Shown here piece by piece: positions 1 to 10,129 of a stretch of DNA of 48,938 bases. Position 1 is the first letter of the stretch, and each line of letters starts with the position of its first letter. Under the pieces are notes generated by a model. That model saw only the letters and a program-made list of their open reading frames with translations, searched no databases and was not told the DNA's origin. The DNA comes from Eubacteriales bacterium (GTDB taxonomy: Bacteria > Bacillota > Clostridia > Oscillospirales > UBA644): contig JAZRUJ010000065.1 in assembly GCA_045652445.1 (NCBI GenBank), positions 1 to 48,938 of the forward strand, written 5' to 3'. The position numbers and the translations under genes are program-made.

Positions 1-2352
1 GTCTTTATCCAAGAAGGTCCCGGACATGGAGTCTTTCCCACCGATAGCAGCGGCATTTAGTTCCAGCTGTGCGTCCATGGCACCCAAGAGTGCGGCAAAC
101 GCTTTGCCCCAGCGGGTAGGTTCGGTACGCAACCGTTCAAAGAATTCCTGCAAGGTAAGATAAGCGTCTTTGTAATCCGCACCGGCGGCAACGATTTTTG
201 CCACAGAGTTATAAACTGCGGCACGGGCACCGGAATAGGGATCGACAGACATAACGTCAGGATCCAAGCCCCACGCCATAACACTGGCAGAATCGGTGGT
301 CTGACCGGGAAGAACCGGCAACAGAGCCGCCATCGCCTGTGCGGGGGTGCGTTGGGTCTTACCGCCGAACGGCATCAAAACGGAGCCGGCACCGATGGAA
401 CCGTCAAACCGTTCCACAAGGCCGCGGCGGCTGGAGGTTTTCAGGTCAGACGCCATCTGGCGAAGATCTGTATACAGAGCCTTGGAGAAAACCGAAAGAT
501 CTTTTTCGGTAACTTCCGCAACGGTGTGCTTATCTGCCCCGTTGGTATTCAAAAATTCCCGAGAAAGATTGGCGATGGTCTGTCCTTTCCAGGTCATGAC
601 CATACGGGCTTCTTCGGTGACGATAGCAACCCGATAGGCTTCGAGATTTTCAGCTTCCGCATAAGAAATAAAGGTATCCACGTCTTTGGCTTCTACCACA
701 ACTGCCATACGTTCCTGGGATTCGGAAATGGCAAGTTCTGTACCGTCCAGACCGTCGTACTTCTTGCGAACGGCATCCAGGTCGATCCGAAGACCGTCTG
801 CCAATTCCCCAATGGCAACGGAGACACCGCCGGCACCAAAGTCGTTACAACGTTTGATCAAGCGGGTCACTTTGGGATCCCGGAACAAACGTTGGATCTT
901 CCGTTCTTCGGGAGCATTCCCCTTTTGAACTTCCGAAGCCATCGTGGTGAGGGATTTCATATTGTGGCACTTGGACGATCCGGTTGCACCACCGATTCCG
1001 TCACGGCCGGTACGACCGCCCAAAAGGATAATAACGTCACCGGCATCGGGACGTTCCCGACGGACGTTATATGCGGGAGCAGCGGCAACAACAGCACCGC
1101 ATTCCAAACGTTTTGCTACGTATCCGTCGTGATAAATTTCCGCGACGTGACCGGTAGCAAGACCGATCTGGTTCCCGTAAGAAGAATATCCGGCAGCGGC
1201 TGTTTGGCAAATTTTCCGTTGAGGGAGTTTGCCGGGCAGGGTATCCGCAAGGGCAGTTCTGGGGTCAGATGCCCCGGTAACACGCATGGCCTGATGTACA
1301 TAGGCACGTCCCGAAAGAGGATCGCGGATACAACCGCCGATACAGGTAGCAGCCCCCCCGAAGGGTTCAATTTCCGTGGGGTGGTTATGAGTTTCGTTTT
1401 TAAACATCAAAAGCCAATCCTGGTCTTCCCCATTGACCGTTGCAGTCACATGAATAGAGCAGGCGTTGATTTCTTCGCTTTCGTCCAATTCAGGAAGAAC
1501 ACCGCGTTTTTTCAAGGTCTTGACGGCGATGGTAGCAATATCCATCAAAGTTTGAGGACGCTTTGCCGCCTTTTCTTCTCCGTATACTTCCACACGGGCG
1601 GCAAGATACCGTTCGTACGCTTTGGCAACGGCAGGATCGTGAATTTTCACGTCGTCAATGTGGGTAGAGAAGGTGGTATGACGGCAGTGATCCGACCAAT
1701 AGGTATCAACCACACGGATTTCGGTAATGGTGGGATCTCTCTTTTCTTCGTTCTTGAAATAGTTCTGCAAGAACTTCAGATCGTCCAGATCCATCGCAAG
1801 ACCGAGGGAATCTAAAAGATCGGAAAGACCGGCTTCGTCAAAACCGATAAACCCTTCCACAGTAGAGACGGTAGAAGGAATAGCGTATTCCACCGCGAGA
1901 GTTTCGGGCTTGTCCAAAGAGGCTTCCCGACTTTCTACGGCGTTGATAACGTACTTTTTAACAGTGTTAACATCTTCTTCGGTCAGATTTCCGCCAAGAA
2001 CGTAAACCTTTGCGGAGCGGACGGTGGGACGTTCGCCCTGGCTTTGCAACTGAATGCATTGTGCAGCGGAGTCTGCCCGTTGGTCAAACTGACCGGGCAA
2101 AGGTTCTACCGCAAAAACGATGCCGCCCTTGGGGTCAATCCCATCGGAGACAAGGTCCAGTTGCGGTTCAGAAAAAATGGTGCGAACGGCTTTGTCAAAC
2201 AACGCTTCATCGATGTTTTCTACATCGTAACGGTTAATGACCCGAACGCTTTCCAGGGCCTTGATGCCCACCAAATTTTTCAACTCGGAGCAAAGTCCGT
2301 TTGCTTCATGTGCCAACTCGGCACGCTTTTCTACATAAACTCGAAAAACCAT
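1..2352 (-). CDS. purL: Phosphoribosylformylglycinamidine synthase, large single-chain type (partial, 3' end outside window)
   Basis: Not in the ORF track because no stop is in the window. Manual translation from ATG at 2352: MVFRVYVEK...VINRYDVENID...FAVEPLPGQFDQRADSAAQCIQL; internal DTYWSDHCRHT and ETHNHPTEIEPFGGAATCIGG motifs; AAGGAG RBS; last gene of the pur operon. Confidence 0.95.
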   Translation of the reverse strand, partial: MVFRVYVEKRAELAHEANGLCSELKNLVGIKALESVRVINRYDVENIDEALFDKAVRTIFSEPQLDLVSDGIDPKGGIVFAVEPLPGQFDQRADSAAQCIQLQSQGERPTVRSAKVYVLGGNLTEEDVNTVKKYVINAVESREASLDKPETLAVEYAIPSTVSTVEGFIGFDEAGLSDLLDSLGLAMDLDDLKFLQNYFKNEEKRDPTITEIRVVDTYWSDHCRHTTFSTHIDDVKIHDPAVAKAYERYLAARVEVYGEEKAAKRPQTLMDIATIAVKTLKKRGVLPELDESEEINACSIHVTATVNGEDQDWLLMFKNETHNHPTEIEPFGGAATCIGGCIRDPLSGRAYVHQAMRVTGASDPRTALADTLPGKLPQRKICQTAAAGYSSYGNQIGLATGHVAEIYHDGYVAKRLECGAVVAAAPAYNVRRERPDAGDVIILLGGRTGRDGIGGATGSSKCHNMKSLTTMASEVQKGNAPEERKIQRLFRDPKVTRLIKRCNDFGAGGVSVAIGELADGLRIDLDAVRKKYDGLDGTELAISESQERMAVVVEAKDVDTFISYAEAENLEAYRVAIVTEEARMVMTWKGQTIANLSREFLNTNGADKHTVAEVTEKDLSVFSKALYTDLRQMASDLKTSSRRGLVERFDGSIGAGSVLMPFGGKTQRTPAQAMAALLPVLPGQTTDSASVMAWGLDPDVMSVDPYSGARAAVYNSVAKIVAAGADYKDAYLTLQEFFERLRTEPTRWGKAFAALLGAMDAQLELNAAAIGGKDSMSGTFLDKD

Positions 2353-2362
2353 AGATGTCTCC

Positions 2363-3628
2363 TTACTTTCCGGCTTTCAAGGCACGGGCACCGATGTCCT
2401 TACGCCAGAAAGCATTTTCAAAAGAAATTCGATTAACGGCTTTATAAGCACCGTCCAAGGCTTGGGGCAAGGTATCTCCCGTTGCGGTAACACCCAATAC
2501 CCGACCGCCGGCGGTGAGCAGTTTTCCGTCTACTCGTTTTGCACCGGCAACGTAGACCTGATTTTGCAAATCCTCGGGAATGGTGATCTCAAATCCGGTC
2601 TGATATTTTTGAGGATATCCGGCAGATGCCATAACAACGCAGGCACAAGCACCGTCTCGGAATTTGACCATATCGGGGGTCAACGTTCCGTCGGTGGTGG
2701 CTTTCATGATAGAGAGAAGATCGCTTTCCAACAAAGGAAGGACCACTTGGGTTTCCGGATCGCCGAACCGACAGTTGTACTCAATTACTTTCGGTCCTTT
2801 GGGGGTAAGCATCAAGCCGAAATAAAGGCAACCTTTAAAGGTTCTTCCCTCGGCGTTCATGGCATCAATAGTGGGTTTGAAGATGGTTTCCATACAAAGG
2901 GCGGCGATATCTTCGGTATAATATGGATTGGGGGCAATCGTACCCATACCGCCGGTATTTAATCCTTCGTCGTTATCCAACGCCCGTTTGTGGTCCATGG
3001 AAGAAACCATGGGAACCACGGTTTTTCCGTCGGTAAAAGACAACACGGAAACTTCGGGACCGGTCAAAAATTCTTCCACCACAACGCGGCTTCCGCTTTC
3101 CCCAAAGATTTTATCTTCCATCATGGAGCGGACGGCGTCTTTTGCTTCGTCCCGTGTCATGGCGATGACCACGCCCTTACCGAGAGCCAACCCGTCGGCT
3201 TTAACGACGGTGGGAATGGGGGCCGTTTCCAGATAATCCAGAGCCTTGTCCATTTCGGTAAAGACTTCGTATTGTGCGGTGGGGATGCCGTATTTCTTCA
3301 TCAAATCTTTGGAAAACACCTTGCTACCCTCGAGAATGGCGGCGTTTGCCTTGGGTCCAAAGCTGGGAATTCCGACTTCGTTCAAGGCGTCCACACAACC
3401 CAAAACCAAGGGATCGTCGGGGGCAACAACGGCGTAGTCGATCTGATGTTCTACAGCAAATTTAACGATATTTTCAATATCTTTCGCTCCGATATCCACA
3501 CAGGTAGCGTCGGCCGTCATGCCGCCGTTTCCGGGGAGAGCGTAAAGTTCGGTTACGTCAGGATTTTCACGGAGTTTTTTTATGATGGTATGTTCTCTAC
3601 CACCACTTCCGACAACGAGTAATTTCAT
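2363..3628 (-). CDS. purD: Phosphoribosylamine--glycine ligase
   Basis: MKLLVVGSGGREH, KADGLALGKGV, GLNTGGMG, EYNCRFGDPETQ; start trimmed to ATG at 3628 behind AAGGAG. Confidence 0.97.
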   Translation of the reverse strand: MKLLVVGSGGREHTIIKKLRENPDVTELYALPGNGGMTADATCVDIGAKDIENIVKFAVEHQIDYAVVAPDDPLVLGCVDALNEVGIPSFGPKANAAILEGSKVFSKDLMKKYGIPTAQYEVFTEMDKALDYLETAPIPTVVKADGLALGKGVVIAMTRDEAKDAVRSMMEDKIFGESGSRVVVEEFLTGPEVSVLSFTDGKTVVPMVSSMDHKRALDNDEGLNTGGMGTIAPNPYYTEDIAALCMETIFKPTIDAMNAEGRTFKGCLYFGLMLTPKGPKVIEYNCRFGDPETQVVLPLLESDLLSIMKATTDGTLTPDMVKFRDGACACVVMASAGYPQKYQTGFEITIPEDLQNQVYVAGAKRVDGKLLTAGGRVLGVTATGDTLPQALDGAYKAVNRISFENAFWRKDIGARALKAGK

Positions 3629-3642
3629 GGTTTGTCTCCTTA

Positions 3643-4827
3643 TTAGTGATGGAACAGTCTCATACCGGTGAATGCCATGGAAATTCCCAATTCGTTGCAA
3701 CGGGCGATCACGATATCGTCCCGAATGGAGCCACCGGGTTCGGCAATATAATCAGCACCGCTGGCATAAGCCCGTTGAATATTGTCATCAAAGGGGAAGA
3801 ATGCGTCGGAACCGAGAGCAACCCCGCGAATGGTGGAAAGATATGCCTTCATTTCCTCGGCGGTAAAGGGGTCGGGACGGACGGTGAAATATTTCTGCCA
3901 AATACCTTCGGCACAAACGTCTTCTTCGTTCTTGTTGATATAACCGTCGATCACGTTATCCCGTTCGGGGCGGGACAGTTCCGGTTTGAAAGGCAGGTTA
4001 AGAACTTTGTCCGCCTGACGCAGATGCCAGGTGTCCGCTTTTCCGCCGGCAAGACGGGTACAGTGAATTCTCGACTGCTGACCGGCACCAACACCGATTG
4101 CCTGACCGTCAACAGCGTAGCAAACCGAGTTGGATTGGGTATATTTCAAAGTGATCAAAGCAACGATTAGATCCCGCTTTGCGGATTCGGGAATATCTTT
4201 CTTATCCGTTACCACGTTGTTCAACAGGTCATAGTCAATTTTGAAATCGTTTCTGCCCTGTTCAAAAGTGATTCCGTAAACCTGTTTGTGTTCGATGGCG
4301 GCGGGAACGTAGTCGGGGTCAATTTTAACCACGTTATAAGCACCCTTACGCTTGGTTTTTAAAAGTTCCAGAGCCTCATCGGTATAACCGGGGGCGATAA
4401 CACCGTCGGAAATTTCCCGGAAGATCATCTGGGCGGTCATCAAATCGCACACGTCGGAAAGAGCAACCCAGTCCCCGTAAGAACACATCCGGTCGGTCCC
4501 TCTCGCACGGGCGTAGGCACAAGCCAAGGGGTTTTCGTCCAACCCTTCAATGTCGTCGACAAAACAAGCCTTTTTCAGCTTTTCGGGGAGAGGCGTCCCC
4601 ACAGCAGCAGAAGTGGGAGAAACGTGTTTAAAAGAAGCTGCAGCGGGAAGTCCCAGGGCTTCTTTGAGTTCTTTGACCAACTGCCAGGAGTTAAAGGCGT
4701 CCAGGAAGTTGATATAACCGGGTCTGCCGGACAGAATTTCGATGGGAAGTTCCGATCCGTCGTGCATGAAGATCTTTGCAGGTTTTTGGTTGGGATTACA
4801 ACCGTATTTCAGTTCAAATTCTTTCAT
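3643..4827 (-). CDS. purH: AICAR formyltransferase (PurH transformylase domain only, no IMP cyclohydrolase domain)
   Basis: LKYGCNPNQ, ASFKHVSP, KYTQSNSV, GAGQQSRIHCTRLAG, SDAFFPF, PGGSIRD, TGMRLFHH; 394 aa, lacks the N-terminal MGS-like domain. Confidence 0.92.
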   Translation of the reverse strand: MKEFELKYGCNPNQKPAKIFMHDGSELPIEILSGRPGYINFLDAFNSWQLVKELKEALGLPAAASFKHVSPTSAAVGTPLPEKLKKACFVDDIEGLDENPLACAYARARGTDRMCSYGDWVALSDVCDLMTAQMIFREISDGVIAPGYTDEALELLKTKRKGAYNVVKIDPDYVPAAIEHKQVYGITFEQGRNDFKIDYDLLNNVVTDKKDIPESAKRDLIVALITLKYTQSNSVCYAVDGQAIGVGAGQQSRIHCTRLAGGKADTWHLRQADKVLNLPFKPELSRPERDNVIDGYINKNEEDVCAEGIWQKYFTVRPDPFTAEEMKAYLSTIRGVALGSDAFFPFDDNIQRAYASGADYIAEPGGSIRDDIVIARCNELGISMAFTGMRLFHH

Positions 4828-4841
4828 TTCCCTATTCTCCC

Positions 4842-5558
4842 TTATTTGTTTTTATTTACGATTCGAGTTTCGGTCTCGCCGCTTTCCAGGTCGATATAAC
4901 GGACAAAGAGGGAAACTTTGTTGTCTTGATTCAGGTTTGTCCAAATCAAGTCGGTCATTTCGTCAATGGAAACATCGGGCAATTCCAACGTTTTGGGTTC
5001 CCCCTCAAAGGAAGGCAACGGATTACCGTCGCACTGATAGGTATGAATGAATTTTGCCTTTCCGCAAAGAGGATTATTGTAAGCATAGGTAAAACGTTCG
5101 CAGGAAGAATCATCTCCCTCGGCGGATTTGAGAATGGACATAGCAAAGTTCATTTCACCCTTTTCGTGGTGAATGATCCCGGAAATGCGGGGGGTAAAAT
5201 TGGGAGCGTCGTCTTCAAACTCCCGGGTACGCAGAGCTTGTTCAAAGGTCATCTGCTTGTCCATCAATTCATAGATGGTATCGGTTTGATCCCCGTTGGT
5301 TACGATGGTCTTGTTTCCCAAAACGCGAACGGGATAATAGATAATCAGATGGGGATCGGTCATTTTGGATTCGTCAAAGGCTTTGGTACGCATGGCGTCT
5401 CCCTCGGCGACAAATACCCGGTTACGGCTGTTTTCACTTCTGCCCATGATGAAATATGCGGTGACGGCTTTTTTCCCGTCCGAGGATTTACCGATGATGA
5501 TCCCTCTGCCGTGATAGGCAAGGGAATTAAGTTCGTTAGCGATGGTAGAAATTTTCAT
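4842..5558 (-). CDS. IMP cyclohydrolase-like protein (PurO family)
   Basis: YHGRGIIIG, AYFIMGRSENSRNR, LIIYYPVR, VTNGDQTD, FEDDAPNFTPRISG; adjacent to the cyclohydrolase-less PurH. Confidence 0.85.
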   Translation of the reverse strand: MKISTIANELNSLAYHGRGIIIGKSSDGKKAVTAYFIMGRSENSRNRVFVAEGDAMRTKAFDESKMTDPHLIIYYPVRVLGNKTIVTNGDQTDTIYELMDKQMTFEQALRTREFEDDAPNFTPRISGIIHHEKGEMNFAMSILKSAEGDDSSCERFTYAYNNPLCGKAKFIHTYQCDGNPLPSFEGEPKTLELPDVSIDEMTDLIWTNLNQDNKVSLFVRYIDLESGETETRIVNKNK

Positions 5559-5578
5559 TTCTATTCTCCTTTCGGGAT

Positions 5579-6208
5579 TCAGTCAATATAAACCTTGTTA
5601 TCTGCTACGCGGATCTTTCCCTCACAGAACAGGCGAACCGCTTCCGGAAGAATCTTCCATTCGGCTTCTTCCATAATTCGTTGTTGCAAGGTTTCGGGAG
5701 TGTCGTCCATGCGGACGTCTACGGCTTTTTGTAAGATAATGGGACCGGCATCGCATTCCGGAGTAACGATATGTACCGTAGCACCGGAAACTTTTACTCC
5801 TTTGGCAAGGGCGGCTTCATGTACGTGAAGTCCGTAATACCCCTTTCCGCAAAAGGAAGGGATCAAGGCGGGGTGAACGTTGATGATACGATTGGGAAAT
5901 GCCTGATAAACCTGTTCGTCGATAATGGTCAAAAATCCGGCCAAAACGACCAGGTCGATCTTTTCATCCAGCAACGTATCTGCCAAAGCTCGGGAATAGT
6001 CCGCAATCGTCTCAAAAGCTTTCCGCGGGAGAACTTTGGAAGGAATCCCGTTCTGTTCCGCCCGTTGCAACGCATAAACTCCGGGCTTGGAGGCGACCAC
6101 AAGAGAAATCTTGCCGTTGCCGAACATTCCGGTTTTTTCCGCGTCAATCAGAGCTTGGAGATTGGTTCCGCCCCCGGAGACCAACACGGCGATGCGAGTG
6201 GTCAACAT
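5579..6208 (-). CDS. purN: Phosphoribosylglycinamide formyltransferase
   Basis: [37 protein letters not shown]. Confidence 0.96.
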   Translation of the reverse strand: MLTTRIAVLVSGGGTNLQALIDAEKTGMFGNGKISLVVASKPGVYALQRAEQNGIPSKVLPRKAFETIADYSRALADTLLDEKIDLVVLAGFLTIIDEQVYQAFPNRIINVHPALIPSFCGKGYYGLHVHEAALAKGVKVSGATVHIVTPECDAGPIILQKAVDVRMDDTPETLQQRIMEEAEWKILPEAVRLFCEGKIRVADNKVYID

Positions 6209-7251
6209 ATGGTCACCTTGTCGTCGGATTTCACGATTTCACCGATGACATAAGCATCTTCCCCGTTTGCTTTCAGGATTTCCAGAGCGGTATCCACCTG
6301 ATCTGCGGGAACGACGATGCTCATACCGACGCCCATGTTGTAAGTATTGAACATATCCCGTTCGGGAATGTTACCGGTCTTGGCGATGAGGTCGAAAATG
6401 GGAAGAACCTTAACGGCACTCTTGCGAATCTTTGCCCCCAAGCCATCGGGAATGGAACGGGGAATATTTTCATAGAATCCGCCGCCGGTAATATGAGAGA
6501 TGCCCTTAACGTCCACTTTTTCCAACAAAGCAAGAACGGATTTTACGTAAATCTTGGTGGGAACCAGCAGGGCTTCCGCTACGGTCTTTCCACCCAATTC
6601 TTCCCGGGGAACGTAGAGGTCGGGATTGTTGTTATCAATATCAAAGACTTTCCGGCAAAGGCTGAAGCCGTTGGAATGAATCCCGGTGGAAGCCAGGGCG
6701 ATCACAACGTGGCCGGCGTTCATACGGGTGTTGTCCAAAATCTTTTTCTTATCTACAACACCTACCGCAAAACCGGCAAGGTCGTAATCGTCCACGGGCA
6801 TCATGCCGGGATGTTCTGCCGTTTCACCGCCGATCAGGGCAGCACCGGACTGAACACAGCCTTCCGCGACACCGCTAACGATGGCTGCAATCTTTTCGGG
6901 AATATTCTTTCCACAGGCAATATAATCCAGGAAAAACAAGGGTTTTGCACCGACACAGATAATGTCGTTCACGCACATGGCAACCGCGTCAATACCGATG
7001 GTATCGTGTTTATCCATGAGAATGGCAAGTTTTACTTTGGTACCGCAGCCGTCGGTTCCGGAAACCAAAACCGGTTCTTCCATACCGGCAACGGGCAGAC
7101 CGAAACAACCGCCAAAGCCACCGACGTCGTCCAGGCAGCCCTCGTTTTTGGTACGGGTAACGTGTTTTTTCATTAATTCTACAGCCTTGTAACCGGCGGT
7201 GATATCAACACCAGCAGCAGCGTAGCTGTCAGATTTGGATTGAGGATGCAT
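6202..7251 (-). CDS. purM: Phosphoribosylformylglycinamidine cyclo-ligase (AIR synthase)
   Basis: [50 protein letters not shown]. Confidence 0.97.
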   Translation of the reverse strand: MHPQSKSDSYAAAGVDITAGYKAVELMKKHVTRTKNEGCLDDVGGFGGCFGLPVAGMEEPVLVSGTDGCGTKVKLAILMDKHDTIGIDAVAMCVNDIICVGAKPLFFLDYIACGKNIPEKIAAIVSGVAEGCVQSGAALIGGETAEHPGMMPVDDYDLAGFAVGVVDKKKILDNTRMNAGHVVIALASTGIHSNGFSLCRKVFDIDNNNPDLYVPREELGGKTVAEALLVPTKIYVKSVLALLEKVDVKGISHITGGGFYENIPRSIPDGLGAKIRKSAVKVLPIFDLIAKTGNIPERDMFNTYNMGVGMSIVVPADQVDTALEILKANGEDAYVIGEIVKSDDKVTIC

Positions 7252-7295
7252 AAGAGATTCTCCTTCCGTTTCGTTTATCGTAATTTTTTATTTTC

Positions 7296-8720
7296 TTATT
7301 CTTTTCCGCTCCAGCAGTAAGTACAGAGTTTTTCAGGGTCAATACCGATCGCTTTCAAAACGCCGTCTAATGACTGGAATTCCAGGGACGTAAAACCGAA
7401 ACGATCACTGATAGCCCGGCGAAGATTTCTGCCCCGTTCCGTGGAGGCGTCGGAATATTCCTCCAAATAATCAAATCCGGCTTCTCCTTCCAAATCGAAG
7501 ATGACCCGGCGTGCCAACAGTTCCATATCACTGTTTGCACGGGAGAAATTCAGATATTTACAGCTGTACATAATGGGAGGACAACCAGAACGCATGTGAA
7601 CGCTCTTTGCCCCGTGTTCGTACAAAAACTCCACGGTTTCTTTTAATTGAGTTCCGCGAACGATGGAGTCATCCACAAAGAGCAGATTTTTCCCCTCAAT
7701 AAACTGACGAATTGGGATCTGCTTCATCTTGGCAACTTTTTCCCGCTCTGCCTGGCGGCTGGGAGTAAAACTTCTTGCCCAGGTGGGGGTATATTTGATA
7801 TAAGGACGGGCAAAAGGAACGTGACATTTGTTACCGTATCCGATTGCCAAGGGCGTTCCCGAATCAGGAAGACCGCCTACGTAATCCAAGTTGTCGTGAT
7901 TCCCGTTTTTCGCATCGGTATCCGCCAAAATTTCACCGTCACGATTCCGCATGTATTCCACGTTTACCCCTTCGTAAGTAGAAGCAGGATAGCCGTAGTA
8001 CGTCCACAAAAAGGCACACATACGCATCTTTTCCCCGGGAGCAATCAGTTGGGTAATGCCTTGGGAAGAAAGTTCCACCACTTCACCGGGTCCCAATTCC
8101 CGGGTAACGGTATAGCCCAATTTTTCACAGGCAAAAGACTCAAACGAAGCACAGTAATCGCCATCACGCTCACCGATTTCCACCGGAGTACGTCCGAGAA
8201 GATCCCGAGCAACTACCAGATTCCCGCCTTCCTTCAAAATCAAAATGGAAGCGGAGCCGTCGATACATTGTTGGGCAAAACGAATCCCTTCCTCAAAGGT
8301 ATTTCGTTGACTGATCAAGGCTGCAATCAATTCCAGAGAATTGACCCGACCGGCGGTCATGGCGGAATAGTATCCGCCGCCGCCCTCAAAATATTGGTCA
8401 ATCAGCTCTTTTGCGTTGTTAATAACACCCACCATGCAAATGGCATAGGTGCCCAATTTAGAGCGAATCAAAAGAGGCTGGGGATCCTGGTCGCTAATAC
8501 AACCGATGGCAGACGTCCCCTGCATTTCATCAAAAATATATTCAAATTTGGTTCGGAAGGGGGAATTTTGAATGTTATGAATTTCACGCTGCAATCCCCG
8601 TCCCTTATCGTAAGCCGCCATGCCGCCCCGATGGGTTCCCAAGTGGGAATGATAGTCGGTGCCGAAAAACACGTCGGCGATGGCATCTTGCTTACAGACT
8701 GCTCCGAAAAAGCCTCCCAT
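7296..8720 (-). CDS. purF: Amidophosphoribosyltransferase, atypical (no N-terminal catalytic Cys)
   Basis: PRPP motif FVDDSIVRGT, LPDSG, Fe-S-type Cys residues (CAF, SCKY, CTYC); operon position; N-terminus MGGFFG instead of (M)CGxxG. Confidence 0.9.
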   Translation of the reverse strand: MGGFFGAVCKQDAIADVFFGTDYHSHLGTHRGGMAAYDKGRGLQREIHNIQNSPFRTKFEYIFDEMQGTSAIGCISDQDPQPLLIRSKLGTYAICMVGVINNAKELIDQYFEGGGGYYSAMTAGRVNSLELIAALISQRNTFEEGIRFAQQCIDGSASILILKEGGNLVVARDLLGRTPVEIGERDGDYCASFESFACEKLGYTVTRELGPGEVVELSSQGITQLIAPGEKMRMCAFLWTYYGYPASTYEGVNVEYMRNRDGEILADTDAKNGNHDNLDYVGGLPDSGTPLAIGYGNKCHVPFARPYIKYTPTWARSFTPSRQAEREKVAKMKQIPIRQFIEGKNLLFVDDSIVRGTQLKETVEFLYEHGAKSVHMRSGCPPIMYSCKYLNFSRANSDMELLARRVIFDLEGEAGFDYLEEYSDASTERGRNLRRAISDRFGFTSLEFQSLDGVLKAIGIDPEKLCTYCWSGKE

Positions 8721-8761
8721 ATATGGCAAATCCTCCGTAGGAAAGTAAAAATAAGTGTTTT

Positions 8762-8805
8762 AAAAAAGCAAGACCCGGATCGCACCTACAGGGAGTGCGA
8801 TCCGG
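8762..8805 (-). terminator. Intra-operon hairpin between purC and purF (weak terminator or mRNA stabiliser)
   Basis: 11-bp inverted repeat CCGGATCGCAC (8775-8785) / GTGCGATCCGG (8795-8805), followed on the minus strand by GTCTTGCTTTTTT. Confidence 0.55.
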
Positions 8806-8816
8806 AATTGGATTCA

Positions 8817-9506
8817 TTAGGCAAAGAACAGTTTGTTCAAGGTCAGAGGATCAACGTATTCGCCATCCTTGTAAACTCGCATATTACCGGATGCAATTTC
8901 GTCGATGAGCATAACTTCGCCCTTGTCATCGTAACCGAATTCGAACTTGATGTCGTACATATCCAGACCCTTTTCTTTCAGGTCGTCGGCAACGATTTTG
9001 GTAATTGCCTGAGTCATGGCTTTGAGGGAATCGTACTGTTCCGCAGTCATAACACCCAAATCTACCAGACCATCTTTGGTTACCAGAGGATCTCCCTTAG
9101 CGTCGTTCTTAAAGGTGGTTTCCACGTATGCGGGAAGATCGGCACCTTCTTCAATATAGTCGGAATAACGACGGTAGAACGAACCGACAGCCTTATAACG
9201 GCAGATAACTTCCAAGCCCTTACCAAAGGCTTTTGCGGGGAGAACTTCCATGGTCGTGTCGTTCAGGTTGGCGTTGACGTAGTGGGTTTTGATGCCGGCA
9301 GCATTAATTTTTTCAAAGAAATAAATAGACATCCGCAGGTTGACGTCACCCACACCTTCAATGGTCAATCCGACGGTGTTTTCACCGGGATCGAACACAC
9401 CGTCCTTGCCGGTGCAGTCGTCTTTAAATTTTAAAAGATAGTTGCCATTGTCCAAAGCATAGACGTTTTTGGTTTTTCCGGTGTAAACGAGTTTCAGGTT
9501 TTCCAT
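8817..9506 (-). CDS. purC: SAICAR synthase
   Basis: [50 protein letters not shown]. Confidence 0.95.
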   Translation of the reverse strand: MENLKLVYTGKTKNVYALDNGNYLLKFKDDCTGKDGVFDPGENTVGLTIEGVGDVNLRMSIYFFEKINAAGIKTHYVNANLNDTTMEVLPAKAFGKGLEVICRYKAVGSFYRRYSDYIEEGADLPAYVETTFKNDAKGDPLVTKDGLVDLGVMTAEQYDSLKAMTQAITKIVADDLKEKGLDMYDIKFEFGYDDKGEVMLIDEIASGNMRVYKDGEYVDPLTLNKLFFA

Positions 9507-9556
9507 AGTGTTACCTCTTTCGTAAAATAGAATTTATTTCAAGACCAGTGAATAAC

Positions 9557-10051
9557 TTAACGATTAAATTCCGCTTCCACTGCGGCATTTTTACCACGAA
9601 CACCATCGGCGTCGGCGGCACGTTTTGCGTCTAATTTTGCAGCAAGTTCCGAATCGGAAACCGCGAGAATCTGCAACGCCAACAATGCGGCGTTCCCCCC
9701 TCCGTTGACCGCAACGGTGGCAACGGGGATCCCGGTGGGCATCTGCACGGTGGACAAAAGTGCATCCATGCCGCTCAAAGGACCGGATTCGGCAGGAATC
9801 CCGATCACAGGAAGCGTTGTATTTGCGGCAAGAGCTCCGGCAAGGTGGGCTGCCATTCCGGCAACGGCGATTATAGCACCGAATCCCTTTTTACGGGCAT
9901 TCAACGCAAAATCCCTAGCCTCCACGGGGGTGCGATGGGCAGAATAAACATGCACTTCGTAGGGCACTTCAAAGGAATCGAGAATTGCGGTTGCTTTGCG
10001 GATGATGGGAAGATCGCTGTCGCTCCCCATGACAATTCCAATTTTTTTCAT
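9557..10051 (-). CDS. purE: N5-CAIR mutase / AIR carboxylase
   Basis: IVMGSDSD, SAHRTP, AGMAAHLAG, LPVIGIP, VQMPTGIPVATV; start trimmed to MKKIG behind AGGAGG. Confidence 0.97.
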   Translation of the reverse strand: MKKIGIVMGSDSDLPIIRKATAILDSFEVPYEVHVYSAHRTPVEARDFALNARKKGFGAIIAVAGMAAHLAGALAANTTLPVIGIPAESGPLSGMDALLSTVQMPTGIPVATVAVNGGGNAALLALQILAVSDSELAAKLDAKRAADADGVRGKNAAVEAEFNR

Positions 10052-10095
10052 AGTATATCCTCCTGTGTTTGGGAAATGCAAAGTGTAAAATAAAC

Positions 10096-10129
10096 AAAAA
10101 AGGGCACGCTCCCCTAAGGAAGTGTGCCC
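10096..10129 (-). terminator. Riboswitch expression-platform terminator
   Basis: Minus strand GGGCACACTTCC-TTAG-GGGAGCGTGCCC followed by TTTTTTG; its 5' arm is the 3' GGGCA strand of aptamer P3. Confidence 0.85.

Noticed and set aside
352-1815. 487-aa plus-strand ORF
   Set aside because: Antisense shadow of purL; no recognisable motifs or RBS
7647-9434. 595-aa plus-strand ORF spanning purF and purC
   Set aside because: Antisense shadow of two real genes that happen to share frame; no protein-family features
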